NCBI GenBank assembly: GCA_010692425.1
Contig: JAAHHJ010000019.1
Coordinates: 101,264 to 133,263 of the forward strand
Reading direction: 5' to 3'
DNA from: Symploca sp. SIO3C6
Lineage (GTDB): Bacteria > Cyanobacteriota > Cyanobacteriia > Cyanobacteriales > Coleofasciculaceae
DNA: 32,000 bases
Part shown: piece after piece, positions 14,406 through 24,222 of the stretch
How the letters are laid out: each line of letters starts with the position of its first letter
How positions within the stretch are numbered: position 1 is the first letter of the stretch
Translations under genes and position numbers: made by a program
The notes under the pieces: model-generated
Told to the model about the DNA's origin: nothing
Seen by the model: the letters and a program-made list of their open reading frames with translations, nothing else
The model's database searches: none

Positions 14406-14454
14406 CTGCCTTCTGCCTTCTGCCTTCTGCCTTCTGCCTTCTGCCTTCTGCCTT
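14406..14454. repeat. Perfect heptamer tandem repeat CTGCCTT x7
   Basis: Direct reading shows seven uninterrupted copies, in the divergent intergenic region. Confidence 0.95.
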
Positions 14455-14481
14455 GCGCGTAGCGCTATATCAATAAGTTCA

Positions 14482-14658
14482 ATGGATTTTACCAATTCAG
14501 TTAGTTATCAGAAAGAACTGATTATTAAATTACAACAACTTCTAAAAGCCGAAATTGAAGGCAAAGCCGATTCCGAGCATCTTGAAGAATTATCATCAGC
14601 TATTGAAAGTGCAACCGAGGCACTCAATAACCTGACTCAATATTTTAGAGAGAATTGA
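14482..14658 (+). CDS. Hypothetical 58-aa coiled-coil protein
   Basis: Own translation: MDFTNSVSYQKELIIKLQQLLKAEIEGKADSEHLEELSSAIESATEALNNLTQYFREN. It is below the track cutoff and there is no homology evidence. Confidence 0.35.
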   Translation: MDFTNSVSYQKELIIKLQQLLKAEIEGKADSEHLEELSSAIESATEALNNLTQYFREN

Positions 14659-14687
14659 AAACCTATCTTCCAGAGATGATTCTGTGA

Positions 14688-14722
14688 GCTATGAACCATG
14701 AACCATGAACCATGAACAATGG
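14688..14722. repeat. STRR-like heptamer tandem repeat (CCATGAA family) x5
   Basis: Direct reading gives gctatga accatga accatga accatga acaatgg. Confidence 0.9.
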
Positions 14723-14801
14723 GCACTCAAAATATTTCTATCCTGATTTGAGTGAAGGAAGCCGTAATTACTAAGGGTGGCAAACTCTTAGTAACAAAGT
14801 C

Positions 14802-15020
14802 GTGAATCAACAATTATCGGTAATTCCCTGGACAAAAATCGGGTTAGTCTTGATTGGAGGTATGGTAGTTTGGTCAACTTCCTTTAGAGCTTACCACCGT
14901 TGGAGGATAAGAGATGGTTGGTGTGCTAGATATCATCCCGATGGCTCCCAGGAGATTTTTTATGGGGCTCAATGCCAGAAGTTTAACTATAACCCAAAAC
15001 CTAAAGCTTCAAGTAATTAG
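14802..15020 (+). CDS. Hypothetical small membrane protein (one TM helix, Cys/Trp-rich tail)
   Basis: 72-aa track ORF with a GTG start and the TM segment IGLVLIGGMVVWSTSF. Inverted CATGAAC heptamer arrays flank it. Confidence 0.35.
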   Translation: MNQQLSVIPWTKIGLVLIGGMVVWSTSFRAYHRWRIRDGWCARYHPDGSQEIFYGAQCQKFNYNPKPKASSN

Positions 15021-15035
15021 AATTTGGATAGGGAT

Positions 15036-15063
15036 GTTCATAGTTCATAGCTCATTGCTCATG
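15036..15063. repeat. Heptamer tandem repeat GTTCATA/GCTCATG x4, the inverted orientation of the 14688 array
   Basis: Direct reading gives gttcata gttcata gctcatt gctcatg. Confidence 0.9.
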
Positions 15064-15172
15064 GTACGCGCTCCGCGCATGCTGCGCAAACATCGCTCAT
15101 GGATGAACTTTATATCCGGATTTTGGAAGTGCGGCGATCCTATAATAATTAAGACACACAGACTGGCAGAGA

Positions 15173-15775
15173 ATGACAACGGTATATACACGCCCCCTAG
15201 CTCGTCTGATTGAGCAGCTGCAACGTTTACCTGGTGTTGGTCCTAAAACTGCCCAGCGATTGGCGCTGCATATCCTCAAGCGCCCAGATGATGAAGTCAA
15301 AGCTTTAGCTCAAGCTTTGGTTGAGGCAAAACAGCAAGTGGGTTTATGTAAAGTCTGCTTTCACCTCTCGGCTGAGCCTGTCTGCGAAATCTGCCGTAAC
15401 CCCAACCGGGATGAGGGTACTATTTGTGTGGTAGCTGACTCTCGTGATGTAATTGCCCTAGAAAAAACCCGTGAGTATCAAGGCAAATATCATGTCCTTG
15501 GAGGCGTCATTTCCCCTATGGATGGGATTGGACCTGATCAACTACATATCCAGCAGTTAATTAGGCGAGTTAGTCTCAAGGATATCAAAGAAGTGATTAT
15601 GGCAATCAGTCCCAGCGTTGAAGGTGAGACAACCACACTCTACATTGGTCAACTACTCAAACCCTTCACCAAAGTAACTAGGATAGCTTTTGGTTTACCA
15701 ATTGGCGGGGATTTAGAATACGCTGATGAACTTACTCTAGCACGAGCTTTGGAAGGAAGGCGGGAGCTAGATTAG
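15173..15775 (+). CDS. recR: Recombination protein RecR
   Basis: 200 aa. The HhH motif is [17 protein letters not shown]. The C4 zinc finger is [16 protein letters not shown]. Toprim region residues are also present. Confidence 0.95.
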   Translation: MTTVYTRPLARLIEQLQRLPGVGPKTAQRLALHILKRPDDEVKALAQALVEAKQQVGLCKVCFHLSAEPVCEICRNPNRDEGTICVVADSRDVIALEKTREYQGKYHVLGGVISPMDGIGPDQLHIQQLIRRVSLKDIKEVIMAISPSVEGETTTLYIGQLLKPFTKVTRIAFGLPIGGDLEYADELTLARALEGRRELD

Positions 15776-15814
15776 TCATTAGTTAAGAAAAGCAACAACG
15801 ACTAATTCCTAAAG

Positions 15815-16375
15815 CTACTTTAATTTCTGTTTAATGAAGTTTACAACCTGACTTAACTGTTTCTTTAAAGCATCAATTTCCGACTGCATTTTGGCGACTT
15901 TAGCGTTGAGTGCTTCAATCTCAGCAGCGGAAGCAGAAGCATAGTCGGTAGCGGCTGCTCCTGCTGCCACTGCCGGTGTTACTGTTACTGGTCGATTCCT
16001 GATTTTTTGCATTGCCTCTTTGATTGCCTCAACCAATTGCTTCTTGTTAAAGGGCTTTTCTACAAAGGCAAAATACTCAAAAGGTTCGGTTATTTTTTCT
16101 GTTACTTCTTCCTTTCGACCTGACATCAATACCAAGGGAATTGTTTGCAGATCAGTTTGGCTTTGAATCTGTTGAAATACTTCCCAACCACTCATTTTGG
16201 GTAAAAGAAAATCCAACATGATTAGATTGGGGTGTTCTTGGCGAATTAAATTAAGCCCTTCCAAACCATCTTTAGCTTCTAAAATTTCAAAGTTGCCCGG
16301 AGGCAACATGTCTTTGACACACTTTTGAATGACTCTCGAGTCATCGATTACCAGGATTTTCTGATTTCTTGCCAC
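15815..16375 (-). CDS. CheY-like response regulator receiver with a C-terminal coiled coil and no DNA-binding output domain
   Basis: 186 aa, reading ILVIDDSRVIQ...LIMLDFLLPKMSGWEV...VLMSGR...KPF. The C-terminal heptad region is AEIEALNAKVAKMQSEIDALKKQL. Confidence 0.85.
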   Translation of the reverse strand: MARNQKILVIDDSRVIQKCVKDMLPPGNFEILEAKDGLEGLNLIRQEHPNLIMLDFLLPKMSGWEVFQQIQSQTDLQTIPLVLMSGRKEEVTEKITEPFEYFAFVEKPFNKKQLVEAIKEAMQKIRNRPVTVTPAVAAGAAATDYASASAAEIEALNAKVAKMQSEIDALKKQLSQVVNFIKQKLK

Positions 16376-16657
16376 GCCTAACTCCTTTCAGGAATGATTT
16401 CAAGAAAAACTACGCTGTTGTGAATTGACTGCTGCTAATTTTATAGATGCAAGGACTAGTTCCAGATCCAGCCATTAGCTACCTTGAAAGCTGCCAACTC
16501 ACTAGCCAGCTATAGTCAGTGCGTCTAGTATTATTATCCACGGACGAAGCCTCCACGGCAATTGAATCTAAAAATAAGCCTTGGGGATCCTGACTTGTGT
16601 CTTTCTACCTTTCCGCTAAAATATGTATCGTCGAGATACTAGATGTATTGACAGTCT

Positions 16658-17578
16658 GTGAACACCTCCTCAACTCGAGACCAGTGGCGAACGGAAATTG
16701 AATCACTGCCTGCTTGGTTGCGACGCCCGATTGGCAAAGCTAGTGATATCTCCACAGTACAGCGCATAATTAAACAGCGGAACATCCACACCATTTGTGA
16801 GGAGGGACGTTGTCCTAATCGGGGCGAGTGCTATTCCCAAAAAACAGCTACCTTTTTACTGATGGGACCAACCTGTACCCGTTCTTGTGCTTTCTGTCAA
16901 GTGGACAAGGGTCACATGCCCATGCCCCTTGATCCTGAGGAACCACAAAAGATAGCGCAAGCAGTACAGTTGCTGGGCTTACGCTATGTTGTGCTAACTT
17001 CAGTAGCAAGAGATGATTTATCTGATCAAGGTGCAGGTTGGTTTGTCGCTACAATGGAGTCAATCCGGAAACTTAACCCAGCAACCGAGATTGAGGTACT
17101 GACAGCTGATTTTTGGGGCGGTAGAAACGATGGCAACCAAACTTCGGCTGATCATCAACGCCAACGGGTAGCAACAGTAGTTAATGCTAGTCCGGCTTGT
17201 TACAACCATAATCTTGAAACTGTGCGCCGCCTACAGGGAAGGGTACGCAGAGGAGCCCAATATGAACGATCGCTCGATGTCCTGCGTATTGTCAAAGCTC
17301 TTGAGCCAACAATACCTACCAAGTCAGGATTGATGCTGGGGCATGGTGAAACCCAGGATGAGATAATAGCAGCGATGGAGGATTTGCGCAATGCCGGGTG
17401 CGATCGCCTTACCCTTGGTCAATATATGCGTCCTTCCCTCAAGCACTTACCAGTACAAAAGTACTGGACACCAGGCGAATTTGAGCAGCTAGGTGCAATC
17501 GCCCGTGAGATGGGTTTTACCCATGTTCGCTCTGGTCCTTTGGTTCGTAGTTCTTACCATGCTGGGGAGGATGTTTAG
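16658..17578 (+). CDS. lipA: Lipoyl synthase
   Basis: The motifs [12 protein letters not shown] and the radical-SAM [10 protein letters not shown] are present. 306 aa. The GTG start is taken from the track and is uncertain. Confidence 0.95.
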   Translation: MNTSSTRDQWRTEIESLPAWLRRPIGKASDISTVQRIIKQRNIHTICEEGRCPNRGECYSQKTATFLLMGPTCTRSCAFCQVDKGHMPMPLDPEEPQKIAQAVQLLGLRYVVLTSVARDDLSDQGAGWFVATMESIRKLNPATEIEVLTADFWGGRNDGNQTSADHQRQRVATVVNASPACYNHNLETVRRLQGRVRRGAQYERSLDVLRIVKALEPTIPTKSGLMLGHGETQDEIIAAMEDLRNAGCDRLTLGQYMRPSLKHLPVQKYWTPGEFEQLGAIAREMGFTHVRSGPLVRSSYHAGEDV

Positions 17579-17601
17579 CCTCAAAACAATTGTAAGGTGC
17601 T

Positions 17602-19398
17602 TTAGTATCCCAAAGTCAAAGCACCAGGTTTTCTAGGGTCAGAAGCACCTTGGAAAGTATTATTTACACGCATGATACTCTGAGTGCTACCCATTGCATC
17701 TCTAACTGAAATCTGATGTCCTTTCTCCTTTAATAGGCGAGTTGTGTCACCATTTAAACCATTTTCGATCATTAGCTGATCTGGTAGCCATTGATGATGT
17801 ATTCTAACGGCATTGGTAGCGGTGGCAATATTCATCTTATGATCAATAACATTCATGACCACTTGTAAGACAGTAGTAATAATTAGACTGCCACCAGGAC
17901 TACCTGTTACTAAATAAGGTTTACCCTCTTTCATGACAATTGTGGGCGTCATGGAACTGAGCATTCTCTTTTCCGGTTCAATGGCGTTAAATTCTCCCCC
18001 AGTTAATCCAAAAGCATTAGGTACTCCCGGTTTGGCGGAAAAATCATCCATTTCATTGTTGAGCAAAATTCCAGTACCAGTTGCTGTTATTCCAGTACCA
18101 TAACTGAAGTTTAAAGTGTAGGTATTGGCGACAACATTACCATATTTATCCATCACCGAGTAATGAGTTGTATCATTACTTTCTGCAAATTGATTGGGAT
18201 TACCTGGTAAAACTTCTTGGCTAGCAGTGGCTTGTTCAATATTGATTTTGCTACGCAGCTCCTGAGCATATTGTTTAGAGACTAAGCCAGTAATTGGTAC
18301 AGGGATAAAATCAGAATCTCCTAAAAATTTGGAACGATCAGCATAAGCTAATTTCATAGTTTCTGTCATAAAATGAATGCTTTTTGCCGTATTATGTCCC
18401 AGTTTATTGATAGGAAATTTCTCTAAAATGTTTAACATCTGTACCAGATGAATACCACCGGAACTAGGAGGTGGCATAGAATAGATTTCATACCCTCGAT
18501 AAGTTCCCCGAATTGGTTCTCGGATCACTGGTTGATAGGCGGCTAAATCTTCTTTGGTAATTAAACCACCGTTGGCTTCCATATCAGCAACAATTGCCTT
18601 GGCGATCGCTCCTTGGTAAAATGCCTTAGAACCTTCTTTGGCAATCAGTTTTAAACTCTTGGCTAAATCCTTTTGTATCAGAATATCCCCTACTTCATAA
18701 GGCATACCACCTGGTTTAAAAAAGATAGCTGTACTAGCTGGATAAGCCTGTATTCGTTTTTGAGCAAAAAGCAGAGACTCGTACAAATCTTCAGAAATAG
18801 GGAAACCGTTTTCTGCTAATTCAATAGCTGGTTTTAAAGCACGTCCTAGGGAAATTGTTCCATATTTTTCTAGAGCCATAGTTAAACCAGCGACAGTACC
18901 AGGAACACCAACTGCTAAATAACTAAATCGAGATTTTTCTGGATCAACTTCACCATTATCATCAAGAAATAAATCACGGGTTGCGGCTTGGGGAGCTTTT
19001 TCTCGGTAATCAATGGCAAGAGTTTGGTTCTCTTTTGCCGAATGCATTAGCATAAAACCTCCGCCGCCAAGATTGCCAGCGCGTGGTAGAGTTACAGCTA
19101 GGGTAAAACCGATGGTAACAGCAGCATCAATGGCATTTCCCCCTTCCTTTAAAACCTCTAAACCTGCCTCAGTCGCGTAGCGTTCTTGAGAGGAAACCAT
19201 ACCGTTACGAGCAATAACCGGATGAAAGATATGCTCACGGTTATAAATTGGTTCAGCCTGAGTAGCAGAGATTCCTGTAATCAAGCTCAGAGATAAACAA
19301 AAACTAAGTATTGCTCTCTTCTTTAGAGTTAGTAGAGAAAATTTTAGAGAGGTTTTCTGGAGAATCAGTTGATGGTTAAGATTTTTGAAATTTAGCAT
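17602..19398 (-). CDS. ggt: Gamma-glutamyltransferase
   Basis: 598 aa with a signal-like N-terminus. The autoprocessing and nucleophile region is DTTHYSVMDKYGNVVANTYTLN, and GSPGGS is present. Confidence 0.9.
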   Translation of the reverse strand: MLNFKNLNHQLILQKTSLKFSLLTLKKRAILSFCLSLSLITGISATQAEPIYNREHIFHPVIARNGMVSSQERYATEAGLEVLKEGGNAIDAAVTIGFTLAVTLPRAGNLGGGGFMLMHSAKENQTLAIDYREKAPQAATRDLFLDDNGEVDPEKSRFSYLAVGVPGTVAGLTMALEKYGTISLGRALKPAIELAENGFPISEDLYESLLFAQKRIQAYPASTAIFFKPGGMPYEVGDILIQKDLAKSLKLIAKEGSKAFYQGAIAKAIVADMEANGGLITKEDLAAYQPVIREPIRGTYRGYEIYSMPPPSSGGIHLVQMLNILEKFPINKLGHNTAKSIHFMTETMKLAYADRSKFLGDSDFIPVPITGLVSKQYAQELRSKINIEQATASQEVLPGNPNQFAESNDTTHYSVMDKYGNVVANTYTLNFSYGTGITATGTGILLNNEMDDFSAKPGVPNAFGLTGGEFNAIEPEKRMLSSMTPTIVMKEGKPYLVTGSPGGSLIITTVLQVVMNVIDHKMNIATATNAVRIHHQWLPDQLMIENGLNGDTTRLLKEKGHQISVRDAMGSTQSIMRVNNTFQGASDPRKPGALTLGY

Positions 19399-19691
19399 TG
19401 ATTACTCTGATTAGTCGTAATTTTATAAAACGCTACAAAAAAACTTTCTAAGATTGTCCTAGTATGGATAAGTCTTTGGCAACTGATGCTAAACTATCTC
19501 CAGAAGCTCTAGACTAAACAGTGAAGTGATAAAGACGATTTAAACTCCCATCATGATTAAAACATCTTCTCATAATAAACCTTTATCGGTTCCCCCCTTA
19601 GAAAAAGGATGATGACAATCGCTCTCTCCCCTCTTTTCTGGGATTATCTGATCAGAGTTGAAGAAGCGACTAGCTCTCAAAAAGATTGAGC

Positions 19692-19720
19692 ATAGTTAGC
19701 GGGTAATTACCGCTAACTAT
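19692..19720 (-). terminator. Perfect 11-bp inverted repeat hairpin overlapping the stop of the small minus-strand ORF
   Basis: The sequence is atagttagcgg-gtaatta-ccgctaactat. On the minus strand a TTTTT run follows about 8 nt later. Confidence 0.4.
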
Positions 19721-19854
19721 ATCTGACTTTTGCTACGAAATCGACATCGACGAATTTGTCCATCCTGCTTAAAGCCTTTTTTCGCTGCTTTTACTGCTAA
19801 ACAAGGGTCTTTAATGGCAACGGATTTGATTGGAAAAGTACAGCTTTTGGCCAT
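19717..19854 (-). CDS. Hypothetical 45-aa basic peptide
   Basis: Own translation: MAKSCTFPIKSVAIKDPCLAVKAAKKGFKQDGQIRRCRFRSKSQI. It is below the track cutoff and is followed by a hairpin. Confidence 0.3.
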   Translation of the reverse strand: MAKSCTFPIKSVAIKDPCLAVKAAKKGFKQDGQIRRCRFRSKSQI

Positions 19855-20068
19855 TCTGGTAGGCTGTTTAATATACTCGATTTGATTGCCATCCAATTAG
19901 CTTTTGTCCCCGGTTTCTGCAAGTATTTTAGGATGCAAGCCCAAAAACTCGACTGCTTTTCTAAGGGGTACATATGCCATACCCAAAAGGTAGCATATGA
20001 AGCGCGTTAGTTAGCAAATACTATACTGTTGATTAACCCCTAATTGAGGAGTGTCAAAGGTATTGACA

Positions 20069-21133
20069 ATGACTAAATTATGTGTTGGTCTACTATTCGG
20101 TGGTCGTTCAGGGGAACACGAAGTTTCAATCATTTCCGCAAGAGCGATCGCCAAAGCCCTAAGTTCAGAGCATAATACTGCTAAGTACGAATTGCTACCA
20201 GTTTATATCCAAAAAAACGGTATCTGGCAAGCTGGAGCAACAGCCCAAAAGATTCTTGAATCTGGAGTTCCCCTGCCATTAGAGACTGATGGTAATCTCT
20301 GGCAATATCCTCCCCAAGTAACCAATGTAGATATCTGGTTTCCCATCCTGCATGGTCCTAATGGTGAAGATGGCACAATTCAGGGATTACTCACCTTAAT
20401 GCAAGTCCCCTTCGTCGGTAGTGGCGTCTTGGGTTCAGCCTTGAGTATGGATAAACTGGCAATGAAAAGAGCCTTTGCCCAGGCACAATTGCCACAGGTA
20501 AAATACATGGAAGTGTTGCGCTCTCAAGTTTGGTCTAATCCCTGTATATTCCCTAAACTCTGTGATCAGATTGAACAAACCCTCGATTATCCCTGTTTTG
20601 TAAAACCAGCGAATTTAGGGTCATCAGTAGGGATTTTCAAAGTAAGAAACCGCTCCGAATTAGAAGCAGCTTTAGATAGTGCCGCTAGTTATGACCGAAG
20701 ATTGATAGTAGAAACAGGTGTAGAGGCACGGGAAGTAGAATGTGCGGTTTTAGGCAACGACTATCCCAGAGCCTCTATAGTTGGTGAAATTACTTATCAA
20801 AGTGATTTCTATGACTACAAAACTAAATACACAGAGGGTTTAGCTGACTTATTAATCCCAGCCCCTTTACCAGGTAAGATTATCACTCAAATTCAGGAAA
20901 TGGCACTTCAGGCGTTTGCTGCAGTTGATGCTGCCGGCTTAGCAAGAATTGATTTCTTCTACCTGGAAGCTACCGGAGAAGTTTTGATTAACGAAATTAA
21001 CACTTTACCCGGTTTCACCGCCACCAGCATGTACCCCCAGTTGTGGGCAGCAAGCGGTATAGCTTTTCCTCAATTGGTTGACCAATTGATTGAGTTAGCC
21101 CTGGAGCGGCACAATAGGTTGGAGGAAATCTAA
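20069..21133 (+). CDS. ddl: D-alanine--D-alanine ligase
   Basis: [24 protein letters not shown]... is a typical Ddl N-terminus, and an ATP-grasp region follows. I prefer the ATG at 20069 over the track GTG at 20051. Confidence 0.92.
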   Translation: MTKLCVGLLFGGRSGEHEVSIISARAIAKALSSEHNTAKYELLPVYIQKNGIWQAGATAQKILESGVPLPLETDGNLWQYPPQVTNVDIWFPILHGPNGEDGTIQGLLTLMQVPFVGSGVLGSALSMDKLAMKRAFAQAQLPQVKYMEVLRSQVWSNPCIFPKLCDQIEQTLDYPCFVKPANLGSSVGIFKVRNRSELEAALDSAASYDRRLIVETGVEAREVECAVLGNDYPRASIVGEITYQSDFYDYKTKYTEGLADLLIPAPLPGKIITQIQEMALQAFAAVDAAGLARIDFFYLEATGEVLINEINTLPGFTATSMYPQLWAASGIAFPQLVDQLIELALERHNRLEEI

Positions 21134-21181
21134 CTTTCTTAGTTCTCAGATAAAATATTAGCTCAGAAGAATAATTTCTCC

Positions 21182-21221
21182 CCATTTCCCCATCTCCCCC
21201 TCTCCCCCTCCCCCCATCTGG
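21182..21221. repeat. Octamer tandem repeat CCATCTCC family x5 (G-rich on the minus strand)
   Basis: Direct reading gives ccatttcc ccatctcc ccctctcc ccctcccc ccatctgg. It is the reverse complement of the family at 29858-29889. Confidence 0.85.
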
Positions 21222-21337
21222 CTTCCACAAGGTGTACCTCACTACATATAGAAAAGCGCTATTAATAACTGGGCATATGGCAGTTATCTGGTCTAATCTT
21301 GGTTTGGTAATACCTTGAAAAATTTGAGGAGATCAAC

Positions 21338-21787
21338 TTGGAACGGACGTTTATCATGATCAAGCCCGATGGCGTGCAGCGCAACCTTGTGGGCGAAGTA
21401 GTGCGTCGTTTTGAAGTTAAAGGCTTTACTCTGGTTGGGCTCAAGCTAATGAATGTGAGTAAAGAACTTGCTGAAAAGCACTATGATGTTCACAAGGAGA
21501 GACCCTTTTTTGCTGGATTAATCAAGTTCATCACCTCTGGTCCTGTAGTGGCAATGGTTTGGGAAGGAGAAGGTGTTGTTGCTTCTGCCAGAAAGATTAT
21601 TGGCGCTACCAACCCTCTGAGTGCTGAACCAGGGACTATTCGTGGTGATTATGGCGTAACAGTTGGTCGCAATTTAATTCATGGTTCAGACGCCATAGAA
21701 ACAGCGCAAAATGAGATTAGCCTCTGGTTTCAAGAAGAAGAACTAGTTAGTTGGCAACCAACTTTAGCAACTTGGCTGTATGAGTAA
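21338..21787 (+). CDS. ndk: Nucleoside-diphosphate kinase
   Basis: [26 protein letters not shown]...NLIHGSD. The start codon is TTG. Confidence 0.95.
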   Translation: MERTFIMIKPDGVQRNLVGEVVRRFEVKGFTLVGLKLMNVSKELAEKHYDVHKERPFFAGLIKFITSGPVVAMVWEGEGVVASARKIIGATNPLSAEPGTIRGDYGVTVGRNLIHGSDAIETAQNEISLWFQEEELVSWQPTLATWLYE

Positions 21788-21943
21788 ATCTTTCTCAGGA
21801 TATGTTTTGGCAGTATGGTGAGACAGCACTAAAATAAATAAAGGCTATAGATTTTGCTGCTAATGCTGCTAGTTTTCTAAACTAGAATCCCCGTGCCTCT
21901 AGGCCGGGGAAAATAAAACTATTGTTGCTAAACTTTTTAGGAC

Positions 21944-22654
21944 TTATTGCTCTTGTGTCTCAGTCTGCATCAAGGGCTCACTCCTGTTACGTTTAGAGAA
22001 CCCCCAAGTGAATACTATGGCAATGGCAGCAATCATCAATAATTCTGGCGGTACCCATTCCGGTTTAATGGCTCTGACCAAGAGCCGCAAACCTACAAAA
22101 CCAACTGTAATATAACCAGCACGCTCAAGATAGACATATTCCCTAAGCCACCGGATAAACAACTCCGCCATAAACCTTAGGGTGATTACGCCAATGGTGC
22201 CACCTGCTAAGATTAGCCAGATCTTATCGGAAATCGCGATCGCAGTGGTGACGCTATCTAAGGAGAATGCTAGATCAGTTACAGCAATTAAGGGAACCGC
22301 TTGCCACAGGGAGGTGAACCTTGGTCCATGATGGTGATGCTGTTCATCCTCATCGGAGGTAAAATACTCAAAGACTAACCACAGCAAGTATGCTGCTCCG
22401 AGTAGCTCAAATTGCCAGAATTGGATAACCCAAGTAGCACTCAAAATCAAACTAATTCTGAGAAAGTAGGCTACTAATAAGCCAAAGTTGAGTGCGCGAC
22501 GCTGGAGTTGGCTATCTTCTAGACAGCGTGCAATTGCTGCTAGAGCAATGGCATTATCTGCAGATAGTACTGCCTCTAATGCCACTAGAACTATAAGTAG
22601 TAAAGGGACTTCAATGCCTATATCTAAAGGGGAATTCAAAACTCGGTCTAGCAT
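21944..22654 (-). CDS. TerC-family integral membrane protein
   Basis: 236 aa with multiple TM helices. The motifs LSADNAIALAAIA and FSLDSVTTAIAIS are TerC hallmarks. Confidence 0.85.
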   Translation of the reverse strand: MLDRVLNSPLDIGIEVPLLLIVLVALEAVLSADNAIALAAIARCLEDSQLQRRALNFGLLVAYFLRISLILSATWVIQFWQFELLGAAYLLWLVFEYFTSDEDEQHHHHGPRFTSLWQAVPLIAVTDLAFSLDSVTTAIAISDKIWLILAGGTIGVITLRFMAELFIRWLREYVYLERAGYITVGFVGLRLLVRAIKPEWVPPELLMIAAIAIVFTWGFSKRNRSEPLMQTETQEQ

Positions 22655-22909
22655 TAAAAAGTAGCTTTCAATATAAATTTGTAAATCTCAAATATAGCGC
22701 AAGCCAAGGGCGTGCGCCAAGAATTTGTTTTCCTTATATAAGCTTAACATTTATTCAGAAACCTTAAGGATTTGCTTCACCCCTTGTTAAAGGGGAAAGG
22801 TCAAGGGGGAAAGGGAATTATGTTGCATCTTGTAACAAAAGATTTTGCTAGGGGTCAAATTAAAGCAAATTAATGAGAGATAAACCCTGCAATCAGGAGA
22901 AGTTAAACA

Positions 22910-23005
22910 ATGTCCATCTCAGATACCCAAGTTTTCGTGGCTTTAGTCATCGCACTGATCCCCGGCATCCTAGCCTTCCGACTAGCGACGGAACTTTATA
23001 AGTAG
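22910..23005 (+). CDS. psaM: Photosystem I subunit XII (PsaM)
   Basis: Own translation: [31 protein letters not shown] (31 aa). An AGGAGA RBS lies 11 nt upstream. It is below the track cutoff. Confidence 0.9.
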   Translation: MSISDTQVFVALVIALIPGILAFRLATELYK

Positions 23006-23820
23006 AGTTCAAGCTCTCAAATATACACAGAGCTGATTGAGATAGTGGCAAGGGAGGCTGTCTTTAAGCACAAAGTTCTCTAATTGAGAACTCAAAACTT
23101 AGAAATCAGCACAACTGAGTACCTCTGCCACTGATAGGCAGTTTCAGATTTTCTGGATGTTTGCGGCAATAGAGTGTAAAGTATCTGGTAATATCAGAGT
23201 GCAGCTGCCTTGATCAGCTCTTTAGACCCCTAGGCTGAGTATTGTTATCGAACACAAAATATAGGAAAATAGTCAGGAACCCTTAGACTAACAGTGCCAG
23301 GGACAGGGGAATCTTAAACCTGACCAAACTTAAATCAGGGAAGTAGAAGCAACATTAAGGTGTGCCTTTACTTAGTCAGCCTACCAAAACAAAAACTTCA
23401 CGCTTGAGCTGAGAGCCAAAGTCTTTCAAAGGGTAGGTTCTACAACAATGCCATTTAAATTAACTATTACTAGTGGTGATTAGCGAGCGTAAATGCTCTA
23501 TACTTAGAAACTGCAAACACCCTTAGTTTTGAAAAATTGGCTCTCGCTAGCAGGTGTACTTTCCACGCTAAGCTTTTTAGGGTGAAGCCGTTTGCACGCT
23601 AAGTAGTTTTTCTTAACTCTGTTCCATGTTCCATCGTGAGCCCTTACTCCAGTTCTGTTCAAGTGTATCCCTCCAGGCTCAACAAACTTGACTCTTATTG
23701 AGCAAAACTTTAGCTTTATCCTCCTAGCTTGAAACAATTGCAAACTAGGCTTTGAGTTCTTCATGTACACCAATTTCGGTGCGAATCAGTGATTAGAGGT
23801 GTAGCGATCTTCAGCAAACT

Positions 23821-24213
23821 ATGAATTCCATCAAATCCTCTAGACCAACTCGGCAACCTTTAAAACCTCACCAAAAGCTTTCTCGGACTCAGAAGCCTCA
23901 AAAACTTCATTATTACCGGGCAATTGTTGGCGAAACTACCCTGAGATTAGTTGTTAACATAGTAATTTCCACAGCTGCGATCGCTGGGCTAGTGCAATTA
24001 TTACCCTATCAGCTATCACAGCAAAGCAAGTTGCAAGAAGTCCGACGAGAAGTCAAGCGCACGCAGGCGCGAGTCAATAATTTACGTAATGATTTCAGTC
24101 GCTCTTTCGACCCTAGACAAGCCCAAAGGGTAATGCAGGAGCAAACCTATAGATTTAACCCCAGCCAGCGTCAGGTAGTCTGGAAAGACCTCGACGATTT
24201 TGGAGATTATTAG
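23821..24213 (+). CDS. Single-pass membrane coiled-coil protein, possibly a FtsB/DivIC-like divisome component
   Basis: 130 aa with a basic N-terminus and the TM segment LRLVVNIVISTAAIAGLVQLL. The coiled coil QQSKLQEVRREVKRTQARVNNLRNDF follows. The function is inferred only from architecture. Confidence 0.55.
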   Translation: MNSIKSSRPTRQPLKPHQKLSRTQKPQKLHYYRAIVGETTLRLVVNIVISTAAIAGLVQLLPYQLSQQSKLQEVRREVKRTQARVNNLRNDFSRSFDPRQAQRVMQEQTYRFNPSQRQVVWKDLDDFGDY

Positions 24214-24222
24214 TTGGCTGCT

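Noticed and set aside
14914-15300. ORFs 14914-15213 (plus strand) and 15097-15300 (minus strand) overlapping the recR start
   Set aside because: They overlap a heptamer array and the well-supported recR gene, and their products have no motifs.
22655-22860. yybP-ykoY manganese riboswitch upstream of the TerC-family gene
   Set aside because: I could not find the conserved GGGGAGTAG or GACAUA elements on the minus strand. Only a short cccctt-gtta-aagggg hairpin is present.
23120-23290. Cobalamin riboswitch suggested by GCCACTG (about 23127) and AGTCAGGAACC (about 23271)
   Set aside because: The conserved GGGAA...GGTG.AA..CC core preceding the B12 box is absent. The two motifs are about 140 nt apart, and there is no suitable downstream gene.
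23504-23773. 89-aa minus-strand ORF
   Set aside because: The product is highly basic and low-complexity with no recognisable motif. The ORF converges on psaM with no start context. I kept it only as part of the unexplained-region finding.
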